DNA of 64,000 bases from NCBI GenBank assembly GCA_963769635.1, contig CAVYMN010000001.1, positions 1,676,109 to 1,740,108 on the forward strand, written 5' to 3'. Shown piece after piece: positions 10,066 to 21,642 of this stretch. How positions within the stretch are numbered: the stretch's first letter is position 1; every line of letters starts with the position of its first letter. Position numbers and translations under genes: made by a program. This DNA is from an uncultured Actinomycetota bacterium. GTDB taxonomy: Bacteria; Actinomycetota; Actinomycetes; Sporichthyales; Sporichthyaceae. Below the pieces are notes generated by a model, which was given only the letters and a program-made list of their open reading frames with translations, was not told the origin of the DNA and ran no database searches.

Positions 10066-11784
10066 TCAGACGCCGCGGGAGGCCCGCCGACGAACCGCGA
10101 AGACCGCTCCGGAACCGACGACGAGCAGGCCGAGGCCCGCGAGGCCGACGCCGAAGGTGCTGTTGCCGTCGCCGCCCGTCCGAGGCAGCGCTTCCGGGAC
10201 GGCCGGCGGCCGCTCCGGGGCCTTGACCGGCGGCTTGGCCCGAACCTGCGCGATCTCGCGGCCCTTGCAGGTCACCTGGCTGACGACGACGTCCAGGCCG
10301 ACAACTCCGAGGTCGCCCTCGGCGATCGCGGCGACAGGCGCTGCCGCCGCGGCGACGTCGGGAGCAGTGACGGGCACGGCGGCGCGATCGGTCGCGGCGC
10401 GCGTCGTGGCGGTGGACGCGGTGGACGACGCGGTGGACGAGGTCGACGGAGCCGTGGACGACGCCGCTTCCGTAGCCGAGCGGTACGAGGCGGCGTGCGC
10501 CTCGTCGGCGGCGCGGCGTGCGTCGCGGGCCTCGGCTGCGGCCGCGTCCGCCGCGTCCTGCGCGGCGAGGGCATGGACCCGGGCGGCCTCGAGCTCGCCG
10601 TCCGACGGACCGTTCTGCGTCGGCGTCCCCGCCTCTGGGCGGGAGCGCTCGGACTCGGCGGACTCGACCGGCACGGTCTGCGCCGGGACGGCCGCGCGGT
10701 CCGCCTTGCGGGCCTTCGGTAGCGCGTTCGCGGACTGGGTGCCGGCCGCGACCTGGGCGGCCTCGTCCGCGGCCTCGTCGGCCCGGACCTGGGCCTCGGC
10801 GGCCCGCGCCTCTGCGGCGCCGGCCTGCGCTTCGGCGGCGGCGGCCTGCGCTTCGCGAGCGCGGACCATCTTGTCGTGCCCGGCGTTCTGCCCGGTCTTC
10901 TGCACAGCCCGCTGCGCGGCCTTCTGCGCGACCGCGGCGCGGACCTCCTGCTGGTCGCCAGCGCGCGCGCCGCCGGCCTGGTTGCTCGCGGCGCGGGCGG
11001 CGGGCTCGGGCTCGACGGTGTCGCGACCGGGGCGGGGTTGCGGCGGGCCGGCGGCACCGCGCGTGGTCCGCTGGGCCTGGGCGAGGGTCTCGATCGTCTC
11101 GCCGGTCGCCTGCTCGACCGCGGCCGTGACCTGCTCCGCAGCCTGCCGGACGGTCTCGGACACCGCCTTCAGCGCGGCCGCGGCGCCGGCCGGGTCGACG
11201 ACGAGGCGGACGTGCAGCGCGCGCACCTGCAGGTCGCCGGACGGCAGCTTCTGCTGCTCGTCAATGAAGATGCCGCCGGTGACGAACGGGGCGAGCGCGG
11301 CCGGGAGCTCGATCTCGAAGTTGGGGCCCGGGTCGATCGGGACCTTGGTGCCGGCGATGGCGAGGTCGGTAACCTGGCTGTCGCCCGCGAGCTTCAGGTT
11401 CTCCGCCGTGCAGTCCGCGTTGAGGACCCCCGCCGTGACAAGACCGCCCAGGACCGTGAGCTGAGCCGTCCGCGCGTTCGAGGACAGCACCTTCGACTTC
11501 ACCCCGGACGCCGCGTTCAGCACCTTCAGCGTGGCGACCTCGGAGAGCTCGGCGGGAAGCTCCAAGACGCTCGAGTCCCCGCCCGAGGGGAACGACACCA
11601 GCCCGGGGAGGATCTCGTCGATCAGGGTCGAGCCGGCCACTCCGACCTGCAGCTTGATCGCGAGGGAGGAGCCCTTGTAGTCGGCCTGGGCGGCGTTCGC
11701 GGGGGTCGCCACCGCCAGCCCGGCGGCGAGGACAGCAGGAACTCCGGCGGCGACGGCAAGACGGCACGGGGTACTACGGGTCAT
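10066..11784 (-). CDS. LPXTG cell-wall-anchored surface protein with Ala/Glu/Gln-rich central region
   Basis: Signal peptide is MTRSTPCRLAVAAGVPAVLAAGLAVATPANA. The N-terminal domain looks beta-rich, followed by a long AAQ/AEA-rich, probably coiled-coil stretch. C-terminal sorting signal is LPRTGG plus hydrophobic helix plus RRRASRGV tail. Confidence 0.8.
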   Translation of the reverse strand: MTRSTPCRLAVAAGVPAVLAAGLAVATPANAAQADYKGSSLAIKLQVGVAGSTLIDEILPGLVSFPSGGDSSVLELPAELSEVATLKVLNAASGVKSKVLSSNARTAQLTVLGGLVTAGVLNADCTAENLKLAGDSQVTDLAIAGTKVPIDPGPNFEIELPAALAPFVTGGIFIDEQQKLPSGDLQVRALHVRLVVDPAGAAAALKAVSETVRQAAEQVTAAVEQATGETIETLAQAQRTTRGAAGPPQPRPGRDTVEPEPAARAASNQAGGARAGDQQEVRAAVAQKAAQRAVQKTGQNAGHDKMVRAREAQAAAAEAQAGAAEARAAEAQVRADEAADEAAQVAAGTQSANALPKARKADRAAVPAQTVPVESAESERSRPEAGTPTQNGPSDGELEAARVHALAAQDAADAAAAEARDARRAADEAHAASYRSATEAASSTAPSTSSTASSTASTATTRAATDRAAVPVTAPDVAAAAAPVAAIAEGDLGVVGLDVVVSQVTCKGREIAQVRAKPPVKAPERPPAVPEALPRTGGDGNSTFGVGLAGLGLLVVGSGAVFAVRRRASRGV

Positions 11785-11967
11785 GTGGGAACCTCGGAGA
11801 TCACGATGGCGGGGGGGGTGGCGCGGCGGTCCCGGGCGCAGGCCTGACCCGGGGCGAGCGACATTACCCGTATAAATGCGGCGGAGTCATCCCTCGACGC
11901 GCCAATCAGGAACAAGTCACAGGCAAAGGAACGGGATGTTCATGATCCGTTATCAGGAATCTCCAAG

Positions 11968-12507
11968 GTGACGGCGATCCTCGTCCGGCTCGCCCGGCCC
12001 GAAGACACGGCCGAACTCGGCGCATTGCAATTGCGATCTTGGCGGTCGGGATATTCGGCGCGCCTTCCGGGCGGCGTGCTGGACGCGCTGTCGGAAAATG
12101 ATCTCGCCGCCGGCTGGCGCGAGGCCGTCAACTCGCCCCCCTCCGGCCGCCACCGCGTGCTCGTCGCGGCGGAGGGCGCCCGCATCGTCGGTTTCGCCGC
12201 CCTGGCCCCCGCGGTCGACCCCGACCTGGCAGAAGGCGCGGAGGGCGAACTGGTGACGCTCGCGGTGGATCCGGCGGTCGGGCGCCAGGGCCACGGCTCG
12301 CGCCTGCTCAACGCCGCGATGGACTTCCTCCGCGACGACGGTTTCGGGGCGGCAGTCACCTGGGCCCTCGCCTCGGACGAGACGTTGCGCGCCTTCCTGC
12401 AGGACACCGGCTGGGCGCCCGACGGTGCCTGGCGGGATCTCGAGACGCCGTCCGGCGAGACCGTCCGCCAGGTCCGCCTGCATACCTCGCTCGCCGCGCA
12501 GGACTGA
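11968..12507 (+). CDS. GNAT family N-acetyltransferase
   Basis: 179-aa ORF with a GTG start. The acetyl-CoA binding motif is LAVDPAVGRQGHGSRLLNAAM (Q/RxxGxG/A). Substrate unknown. Confidence 0.8.
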   Translation: MTAILVRLARPEDTAELGALQLRSWRSGYSARLPGGVLDALSENDLAAGWREAVNSPPSGRHRVLVAAEGARIVGFAALAPAVDPDLAEGAEGELVTLAVDPAVGRQGHGSRLLNAAMDFLRDDGFGAAVTWALASDETLRAFLQDTGWAPDGAWRDLETPSGETVRQVRLHTSLAAQD

Positions 12508-12592
12508 CGGCAAATTCCGGACGGCCCGCAGAATTACGTGCCCGGACAATTAGGCCTGGTAAAGGTGAAACACGGCAACGACCGCCGGCAGG

Positions 12593-14735
<2,143 letters not shown>

Positions 14736-14736
<1 letters not shown>

Positions 14737-16949
14737 TACGCGTCGGCGCCGTCGTCGGCGCCCCCGTCAGCGCCCTCTTCACCCTCGACCACAGGGACGA
14801 GCGAGAGCTTGCCGCGCTGGTCGATCTCGGCGATCTCGACCAGCAGCTTGGAGCCCACGGCCACGACGTCCTCGACGTTCTCGACCCGCTTGCCGCCGGA
14901 GAGCTTGCGCAACTGCGAGATGTGCAGCAGCCCGTCCCGGCCCGGGACGAGGGAGACGAACGCGCCGAACGCGGTCGTCTTCACGACTGTGCCCAGGTAA
15001 CGCTCGCCGACCTCCGGCATCGTCGGGTTGGCGATCTGGTTGATCATCGCCCGCGCCGCCTCGGCCGAGGGGCCGTTGACCGCGCCGACGTAGATCGTGC
15101 CGTCGTCCTCGATGGAGATGTCGGCGCCCGTGTCGGCCTGGATCTGGTTGATGATCTTGCCCTTCGGCCCGATCACCTCGCCGATCTTGTCGACCGGGAT
15201 CTTGATGGTGAGGATCCGCGGCGCGTAGTCGCTCATCTCGTCGGGCATGTCGATCGCCTCGAGCATGACGTCGAGGATGTGCAGGCGCGCTTCCTTCGCC
15301 TGGGTCAGCGCCCCGGCCAGGACGTGCGCGGGGATGCCGTCGAGCTTCGTGTCGAGCTGCAGGGCGGTCACGAAGTCACGGGTACCCGCGACCTTGAAGT
15401 CCATGTCGCCGAACGCGTCCTCGGCACCCAGGATGTCCGTGAGGGTGACGTACTCGCCGCCCTCGAAGACCAGGCCCATCGCGATGCCGGCCACCGGCGC
15501 CTTGAGCGGGCAACCGGCGTTGAGCAGCGACAGCGTCGAGGCGCAGACCGAGCCCATCGACGTGGAGCCGTTGGAGCCCAGCGCCTCGGAGACCTGGCGG
15601 ATCGCGTACGGGAACTCCTCGCGCTTGGGCAGTACGGGCAGGATCGCCCGCTCCGCCAGAGCGCCGTGGCCGATCTCGCGGCGCTTGGGCGAGCCCACGC
15701 GGCCCGTCTCGCCGGTGGAGTACGGCGGGAAGTTGTAGTTGTGCATGAACCGCTTGGTCTTCTCGGGATTCAGCGTGTCGACCATCTGCTCCATGCGGAG
15801 CATGTTGAGGGTCGTGACGCCGAGGATCTGCGTCTCGCCGCGCTCGAACAGCGCCGAGCCGTGCACGCGCGGGATGACCTCGACCTCGGCGGAGAGCTGG
15901 CGGATGTCGCGAAGCCCGCGGCCGTCGATGCGGACGTGGTCCTTGGCGACGCGCTCGCGGACGGTCTTCTTGGTCAGGGAGCGGAACGCCTCCTTGAGCT
16001 CCTTCTCGCGGCCCTCGAACTGCCCGGCCAGCTTGTCCATCGCCACCGAGCGGATGCGGTCGAGCTCCGACTCGCGCTCCGCCTTGACCACGATGGTCAA
16101 CGCCTGGGCGACCTCGTCGCGCGCGGCGGCGGTGATCGCCTCGAGCGCGTCGGCCTGGTAGTCCAGGAACGTCTTGAGCTCCAGGGTCGGCTTGGACGCC
16201 TTGGCCGCAACCTCGAGCTGCGCCGCGACGAGCACGCGGATGAACGCCTTGGAGGCCTCGAGGCCGGCGGCCACGACCTCTTCGGTGGGGGCGCCCGCGC
16301 CGCCGGCGATCAGGTCGATCGTCGAGGTGGTCGCCTCGGCCTCGACCATCATGATCGCGACGTCGCCGTCGGGCAGGACGCGGCCGGCGACGACCATGTC
16401 GAACACCGCGCGCTCGAGCTCGGAGTGCCGCGGGAAGCCGACCCACTGGCCCTCGATCAGGGCGACACGGGTGGCGCCGACCGGGCCGGCGAACGGGATG
16501 CCGGAGATCTGCGTCGACATCGACGCGGCGTTGATCGCGATGACGTCGTAGAGGTCGTCGGGGTCGAGCGCCATGACCGTCTCGACGATCTGGATCTCGT
16601 TGCGAATGCCTTTGCCGAACGTCGGCCGCAGCGGGCGGTCGATGAGGCGGCAGGTCAAAATCGCGTCCTCGGACGGGCGGCCCTCGCGGCGGAAGAACGA
16701 GCCGGGGATCCGGCCCGCGGCGTACATGCGCTCTTCGACGTCGACCGTCAGCGGGAAGAAGTCGAGCCCGTCCCGGACGCCCTTGGCCACCGTGGTGGCC
16801 GACAGGATCATGGTCTCGCCGTCCAGGTACACGGCGGCGGCACCGGCAGCCTGCCGGGCCAGGAGTCCGGTCTCGAACCGGACCGTGCGGTGGCCGAACG
16901 CGCCGTTGTCGATGCGCGCTTCGGCGGAAATGATTTCGGGACCCTCCAT
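14736..16949 (-). CDS. pnp: Polyribonucleotide nucleotidyltransferase (PNPase)
   Basis: 737-aa ORF with two RNase PH domains, a KH domain ([16 protein letters not shown]) and an S1 domain ([33 protein letters not shown]). Confidence 0.96.
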
Positions 16950-17252
16950 AGGGTGCCCCTCCTTCGTCGTCTCGGAGCGGCGGACGCCGAGAACGAAAGC
17001 TCGGGAGAGCCCCGACTGCAGACCGGTCTTCGATCGAGGCGCACGGTGCGGGTTGTGCCGCTCCGTGGAGACGGGGCCGGCGTCCGGGTGCCACTACCGA
17101 GGACCGGAAGCGGGGCCACCCCGCGGTTCCGACCGCTCCTGTTATGTCTTGCTCGTCTGTGTAGCTCGTGCGTCGTACTGAGAGTGCCGATAGTGCAGAG
17201 TGCAGAAGGAGCGGCCGGCGAGGTGCCGGACCGCTCCTCCGGTGGTGCTTAC
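16950..17252 (-). promoter_or_regulatory. Structured rpsO-pnp intergenic region / pnp 5' leader
   Basis: 303-nt non-coding gap between the rpsO stop and the pnp start, with a GAAGGAGG SD just before the pnp ATG. It contains at least two GC-rich stem-loops, at 17205-17240 and ~17105-17130. In other bacteria this leader is the RNase III/PNPase autoregulatory site. Confidence 0.5.
17205..17240 (-). terminator. Stem-loop immediately downstream of rpsO (putative terminator/attenuator or RNase III site)
   Basis: Arms 17205-17219 and 17225-17240 form ~13 bp with one bulge and a 5-nt loop. The single A/C mismatch on the plus strand becomes a G-U wobble on the minus-strand RNA, which favours a minus-strand RNA structure. 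There is no U-tract. Confidence 0.4.
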
Positions 17253-17522
17253 CTAGCGACGCAGGCCGAGGCGCTCGATCAGCGACCGGTAGCGGTGGAT
17301 GTCGGACTTCGCGAGGTACTTGAGCAACCGGCGGCGTCGGCCCACGAGGAGCAACAGGCCGCGGCGGCTGTGGTGGTCGTGCTTGTGCACCTTGAGGTGC
17401 TCGGTCAGGTCGCTGATGCGCTTGGTCAGCATCGCGATCTGCGCTTCGGGGGAGCCGGTGTCGGTCTCGGACGTCCCGTACTCGGTGATGATCTCTTTCT
17501 TTTGCGCACTGTCGAGCGGCAC
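17253..17522 (-). CDS. rpsO: 30S ribosomal protein S15
   Basis: [70 protein letters not shown]. Start placed at GTG 17522 after a GGAGA SD; the track start at 17576 is an upstream extension. Confidence 0.93.
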   Translation of the reverse strand: MPLDSAQKKEIITEYGTSETDTGSPEAQIAMLTKRISDLTEHLKVHKHDHHSRRGLLLLVGRRRRLLKYLAKSDIHRYRSLIERLGLRR

Positions 17523-17614
17523 TGGTCTCCTCATAAGGTCGTTGCGCGGCGCGTCGGGGCCTGTCCACCCGGGCACTGTCGGTCCGCGGCCGATCTACGG
17601 CGCTGGCCACGCTA

Positions 17615-18586
17615 TCAGCGCGGGCGGTCAAGCCCCGAATCCTGGCCGGTCAGCACGGCGCGGCTGGCCGCGACGTCCGCGGTCATCTGGACGATCAGGT
17701 CCTCGACGGAGTCGAATGCCACCATCTCGCGCAGCCGGGTGACGAACTCGACCCGCACTTCGTGCCCGTACAGCTCGAGGTCGGTGCGGTCGAGCGCGTA
17801 CGCCTCGACCCGCCGCGAGACCCCCTCGAACGTCGGGTTGCTGCCGACCGAGATCGCGGCCGGCCAGCGCTGTTCGGCCGCCGAGTACGCGCCGTCGACG
17901 AGCCGGCCGGCGTAGACGCCGTCCGGCGGCACGACCAGGCCCGGTGGGATGGCGAGGTTCGCGGTCGGGAAGCCGAGCTCGCGGCCGCGCTTGTCGCCCT
18001 CGACCACGACACCGGTCAGGCCGTAGGGCCGGCCGAGGACATCGGCGGCCGCCGCGACGTCACCGGCGCCGACCAGCGCGCGCACCCGGCTGGAGGAGAA
18101 CCGCTCGATCGCGTCGACGACGACGTCCACGGCGTCGACGGCGAAGTGGTGCCGCTCCCCTAGTTCGCCCAGTGTCGTGACGTCGCCGGCTGCGCGGTGA
18201 CCGAAACGAAAGCCCTGCCCGACGACCACCGTCGAGGCGTGCAGCGCGTCCACGAGGACGGTGGCGACGAACTCGTCCGCGGGCACGGCCGACAACTCCG
18301 GGGTGAACGTCAGGACGAGGACGGCGTCCGCATCCGCCGCGCCGAGCAGGCGGACGCGGTCCGTGACCGTCCCGAGCAGCTGGGGCGCCTGCCCCGGGCG
18401 CACGACGCTGAGCGGGTGCGGGTCGAACGTGAGGACGACGAGCGGCCGGCCGGCGGCCCGGGCATGCCCTGACGCGCGCGCCAGCAGCGCCTGGTGCCCG
18501 CGGTGCACGCCGTCGAAGACGCCGATCGCGACCACGCACGGCACCGCCGCCGGATCGACCTCCCCCAGCCCGCGCCAGACCTGCAC
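17615..18586 (-). CDS. ribF: Bifunctional riboflavin kinase / FMN adenylyltransferase
   Basis: FAD synthetase motif AIGVFDGVHRGHQAL and a riboflavin kinase half (LGFPTANL, PTFEG). Start placed at GTG 18586 (VQVWRGL) behind a GGAGGGAG SD. Confidence 0.9.
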   Translation of the reverse strand: MQVWRGLGEVDPAAVPCVVAIGVFDGVHRGHQALLARASGHARAAGRPLVVLTFDPHPLSVVRPGQAPQLLGTVTDRVRLLGAADADAVLVLTFTPELSAVPADEFVATVLVDALHASTVVVGQGFRFGHRAAGDVTTLGELGERHHFAVDAVDVVVDAIERFSSSRVRALVGAGDVAAAADVLGRPYGLTGVVVEGDKRGRELGFPTANLAIPPGLVVPPDGVYAGRLVDGAYSAAEQRWPAAISVGSNPTFEGVSRRVEAYALDRTDLELYGHEVRVEFVTRLREMVAFDSVEDLIVQMTADVAASRAVLTGQDSGLDRPR

Positions 18587-18814
18587 CCTGCTCCCTCCGT
18601 CACCCGTCCCGGAAACGTCACCGCCACCGCCCCGCACCCTTCCACATCGCCCGAATCTGACGTCTGCTCAGGGGCTCGTGCGGCAGGCGCGATCACCCGG
18701 TCATATGCGTGCATTTCTCACCTTGACCCCAATTGTCCGGATCCTCACCATTCGGGTTCCGGTGCCGTACCGGCGGTTCAGCGCAGCGGCGCCGCCTCGA
18801 ACTCTGGAGCCTTG

Positions 18815-20710
18815 GTGAAGCGAATCCGCAGGACAGCCGCGCTCGCATGTGCCGTGCTGAGCGCAACCGCCGCGCTCGGCCTCGCCAACGCGACTGCCAC
18901 CGAGTCGCCCGACCCGGCCTTCGCCGCCGCAGGTGACCCCGTCGCCGTCGGCGCGGTCACGTGGAAGGCGTGCGAGGACTCCGACTTCACCGCTGTCGGC
19001 GTCGAATGCGGCGACCTCGCCGTCCCGCTCGACTACGCGGATCCGACGGGCCGGCAGATCACGGTCGCCGTCTCCCGGCTGAAGGCCACCGGGCCGCTGG
19101 AGTCGCGCCGAGGCCCGCTGCTCGTGAATTTCGGCGGTCCCGGCGGCACGGGCCTGGACGCACCGCTGTTCTTCCGCGAGGTCCTGCCCGCGGACGTGCT
19201 CGCGTCCTACGACGTCGTCGGCTTCGACCCGCGTGGCCTCGGCGCGAGCAAGCCGGCGCTCGACTGCGGCTACAACCCGTGGGGACCGGGTCGTCAGCCG
19301 GACTACCGGCCCAGCACCGGGCTGCTGGAGGCCCCCGGGCCGAACGAGGAGCTGTGGCGAGCGCGGTGGCGGGCATTCACGTCGGCCTGCGCCGCGGAAC
19401 ACTCGGACCTGCTCCCCTACCTGGCCAGCACCCACGTGATCCGAGACATGGACGCCATCCGCGCGGCGCTCGGTGCGGAAAAGCTCAATCTCTACGGCTT
19501 CTCCTACGGGACGTACCTGGGTGAGCTGTACTCCACGACCTTCCCTGCCCGGACGGGCCGCTTCGTTCTCGACGGCAACATCGACCCGACGACGGTCTGG
19601 TATCCGGACCTGTTCGTCAGCGCCCGAGCCACGGAGGAAGCCGCGCACAGCCTCTGGTCGTGGATCGCCCGCTACGACAGCGTCTACCACCTCGGCAGCA
19701 GCGCGGACGAGGTCGAGGCGGCGTACTACCGCGAGGAGGAGGACCTGCGGAAGAACCCGCTCGAGCGCGTCGGCCCCGCGGAGTGGACCGACCTCGTGTG
19801 GGGTTCCACCTACAGCCAGGACGCGTGGCCCTTCGTGGCGTCGGTGTTCGCCGCCCAGGCCCGCGGCGACTCCGCTCCGCTCGAGCAGGTCTTCGCGCCA
19901 GTCGAAGACCAGACCGCGGCGGAGGCCGCCGCGGACGAGCACGCCGCCGCGAACGCCGTCGCGGTCTTCGCCTCGGTCTTCTGCACCGACGGGCCCTGGC
20001 CGCGGAACTACAGCCAGTGGCGCGCCGACATCTTCGCCTCCGATGCCCTCGCGCCGTTCAACAGCTGGCCGCAGGCGCTCAACGACCTCGGATGCGGCAG
20101 CTGGCCGGTGGAAGGCGAGCGAGCGAGCGTGAACGGCGCCGCCGCCCCGCCGCTCCTGCTCACGAGCACCCTCATCGACCCGGCGACGCCGTTCCTCAAC
20201 AGCCTGAACGTCCGCCTGGCGTTCCCCGGCGCGGCCCTGCTCGCCGACACCGGGAGCGTCGGGCACACAGCGACGTTGCAGGGCAACGAGTGCGTGGACG
20301 AGGTGGTCTTCGACTATCTGCGCACCGGGGCCCTCCCCGCCCGCGCGGACGGACGCCTGGCCGACAAGCTGTGCGACGGTCGGCCCGTGCCCGAGCCGCT
20401 CGCCGAGGACCTCGCCCGCACGTCGGGTGAGACCACGGCGTCGGCTCGGGACATGAGTGAGCTCCGCGCGATGCTCGGCATCGAGCGGCCGCGCCCGCCG
20501 AAGCCCAGCGCGCCGGTCGGCCGGGTCCCGTCCGCTACGGCTAGTGCGGCTGCGGCTGCGGTTTCGGCTTCGACGCCGTCGGCTGCGTCGGTCGACACAC
20601 CCGCGCCCGTCGACGCACCTACGCCGGCAGCGTCGGAGGCCGAGCGCCGGGCGGCCGCTCGAGCCGCCCTCCACGCCGCGATCGCCGCGAGCCACCGTCC
20701 GGGCCGGTAG
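18815..20710 (+). CDS. Secreted alpha/beta hydrolase, tripeptidyl-aminopeptidase-like (S33 family) with low-complexity C-terminal tail
   Basis: Start placed at GTG 18815 (VKRIRRTAALACAVLSATAALGLANA signal peptide) after a GGAG SD. Nucleophile elbow is LYGFSYGTYLG. The C-terminal ~90 aa are Ala/Pro/Ser-rich. Confidence 0.75.
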   Translation: MKRIRRTAALACAVLSATAALGLANATATESPDPAFAAAGDPVAVGAVTWKACEDSDFTAVGVECGDLAVPLDYADPTGRQITVAVSRLKATGPLESRRGPLLVNFGGPGGTGLDAPLFFREVLPADVLASYDVVGFDPRGLGASKPALDCGYNPWGPGRQPDYRPSTGLLEAPGPNEELWRARWRAFTSACAAEHSDLLPYLASTHVIRDMDAIRAALGAEKLNLYGFSYGTYLGELYSTTFPARTGRFVLDGNIDPTTVWYPDLFVSARATEEAAHSLWSWIARYDSVYHLGSSADEVEAAYYREEEDLRKNPLERVGPAEWTDLVWGSTYSQDAWPFVASVFAAQARGDSAPLEQVFAPVEDQTAAEAAADEHAAANAVAVFASVFCTDGPWPRNYSQWRADIFASDALAPFNSWPQALNDLGCGSWPVEGERASVNGAAAPPLLLTSTLIDPATPFLNSLNVRLAFPGAALLADTGSVGHTATLQGNECVDEVVFDYLRTGALPARADGRLADKLCDGRPVPEPLAEDLARTSGETTASARDMSELRAMLGIERPRPPKPSAPVGRVPSATASAAAAAVSASTPSAASVDTPAPVDAPTPAASEAERRAAARAALHAAIAASHRPGR

Positions 20711-20717
20711 CCCGCTA

Positions 20718-21632
20718 CTACGCGGTGAAGACCGCCAGCGGGCGGGCCCGGCCGCCGCGCTCGGTCAACAGGGCGAGGAAGGTGCCGTCCGGGCCGAAGG
20801 CGGCGATCGGGGTCTCGCCCGGGACCGCGCCCTCCGGTGCTCGTTCTGCGGGGATCCAGCCGCCGTGCACGACGATGCGGGCACCTTCGGCGTCCAGGTC
20901 GCGGCGCGGAAAGGACAGCGCGGCGGCAGCGTCCAGTGGCAGGACGACGAGGTCCTGATCGTGCTCGGCCAGCGTCCGGGCGTGGGCGAGGGTATAGGGC
21001 CCGACCCGCGTGCGGCGCAGGCTCGTGAGGTGCCCGCCCACGCCGAGGGCCTCGCCGAGGTCGCGGGCCAGCGCCCGGATGTACGTGCCGGTCGAGCATT
21101 CGACGCGGACGTCGAGGTCGACCGTGGCTCCCTCGCGCCGGGTCGCCAGCAGGTCGAAGGCGCTCACGGTCACCGGTCGCGCGGCGAGATCGACCTCCTC
21201 GCCGGCGCGCACCCGCTTGTAGGAACGCTCGCCGTCGACCTTGATCGCGCTGATCTTGGCCGGGATCTGCAGGATCTCCCCGGTCAGCACCGCGATCGCC
21301 GCCGCGACGTCGGCGTCGGCCACCGCGGCGGCGTCGGCGGTGGAGACCACCGTGCCGGTCGAGTCGTCGGTGTCGGTCGCGGCGCCGAGCCGGATCGTCG
21401 CGGTGTAGACCTTGTCGCCCAGGGCGAGGTGCCCGAGCAGACGCGTCGTGCGCTCGATCCCGACGACCAGCACCCCCGTGGCCATCGGGTCCAGGGTGCC
21501 GGCGTGCCCGACCTTGCGCGTCCCGGCCAGCTTCCGAACGCGGGCGACCACGTCGTGCGAGGTCATCCCCGCCGGCTTGTCGACGACGACGAGCCCGCCG
21601 GGACCGGGCTCGTGGGCTCGCGAGGCGGTCAT
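20718..21632 (-). CDS. truB: tRNA pseudouridine(55) synthase
   Basis: GLVVVDKPAGMTSHDVV and GHAGTLDPMATGVLVVG, which contains the catalytic Asp motif. Confidence 0.93.
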   Translation of the reverse strand: MTASRAHEPGPGGLVVVDKPAGMTSHDVVARVRKLAGTRKVGHAGTLDPMATGVLVVGIERTTRLLGHLALGDKVYTATIRLGAATDTDDSTGTVVSTADAAAVADADVAAAIAVLTGEILQIPAKISAIKVDGERSYKRVRAGEEVDLAARPVTVSAFDLLATRREGATVDLDVRVECSTGTYIRALARDLGEALGVGGHLTSLRRTRVGPYTLAHARTLAEHDQDLVVLPLDAAAALSFPRRDLDAEGARIVVHGGWIPAERAPEGAVPGETPIAAFGPDGTFLALLTERGGRARPLAVFTA

Positions 21633-21642
21633 CTCGACCGGC

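Noticed and set aside
14922-17915. 997-aa plus-strand ORF, with similar giants at 23433..26663 (1076 aa), 5073..7232 (719 aa) and 12..1052
   Set aside because: These lie antisense to pnp/rpsO/ribF, infB, ftsK/rnj and cinA respectively. Their composition is dominated by Arg, Gly, Asp and Pro, and they contain no recognisable motifs. This is classic stop-codon-poor shadow-frame behaviour in very GC-rich DNA.
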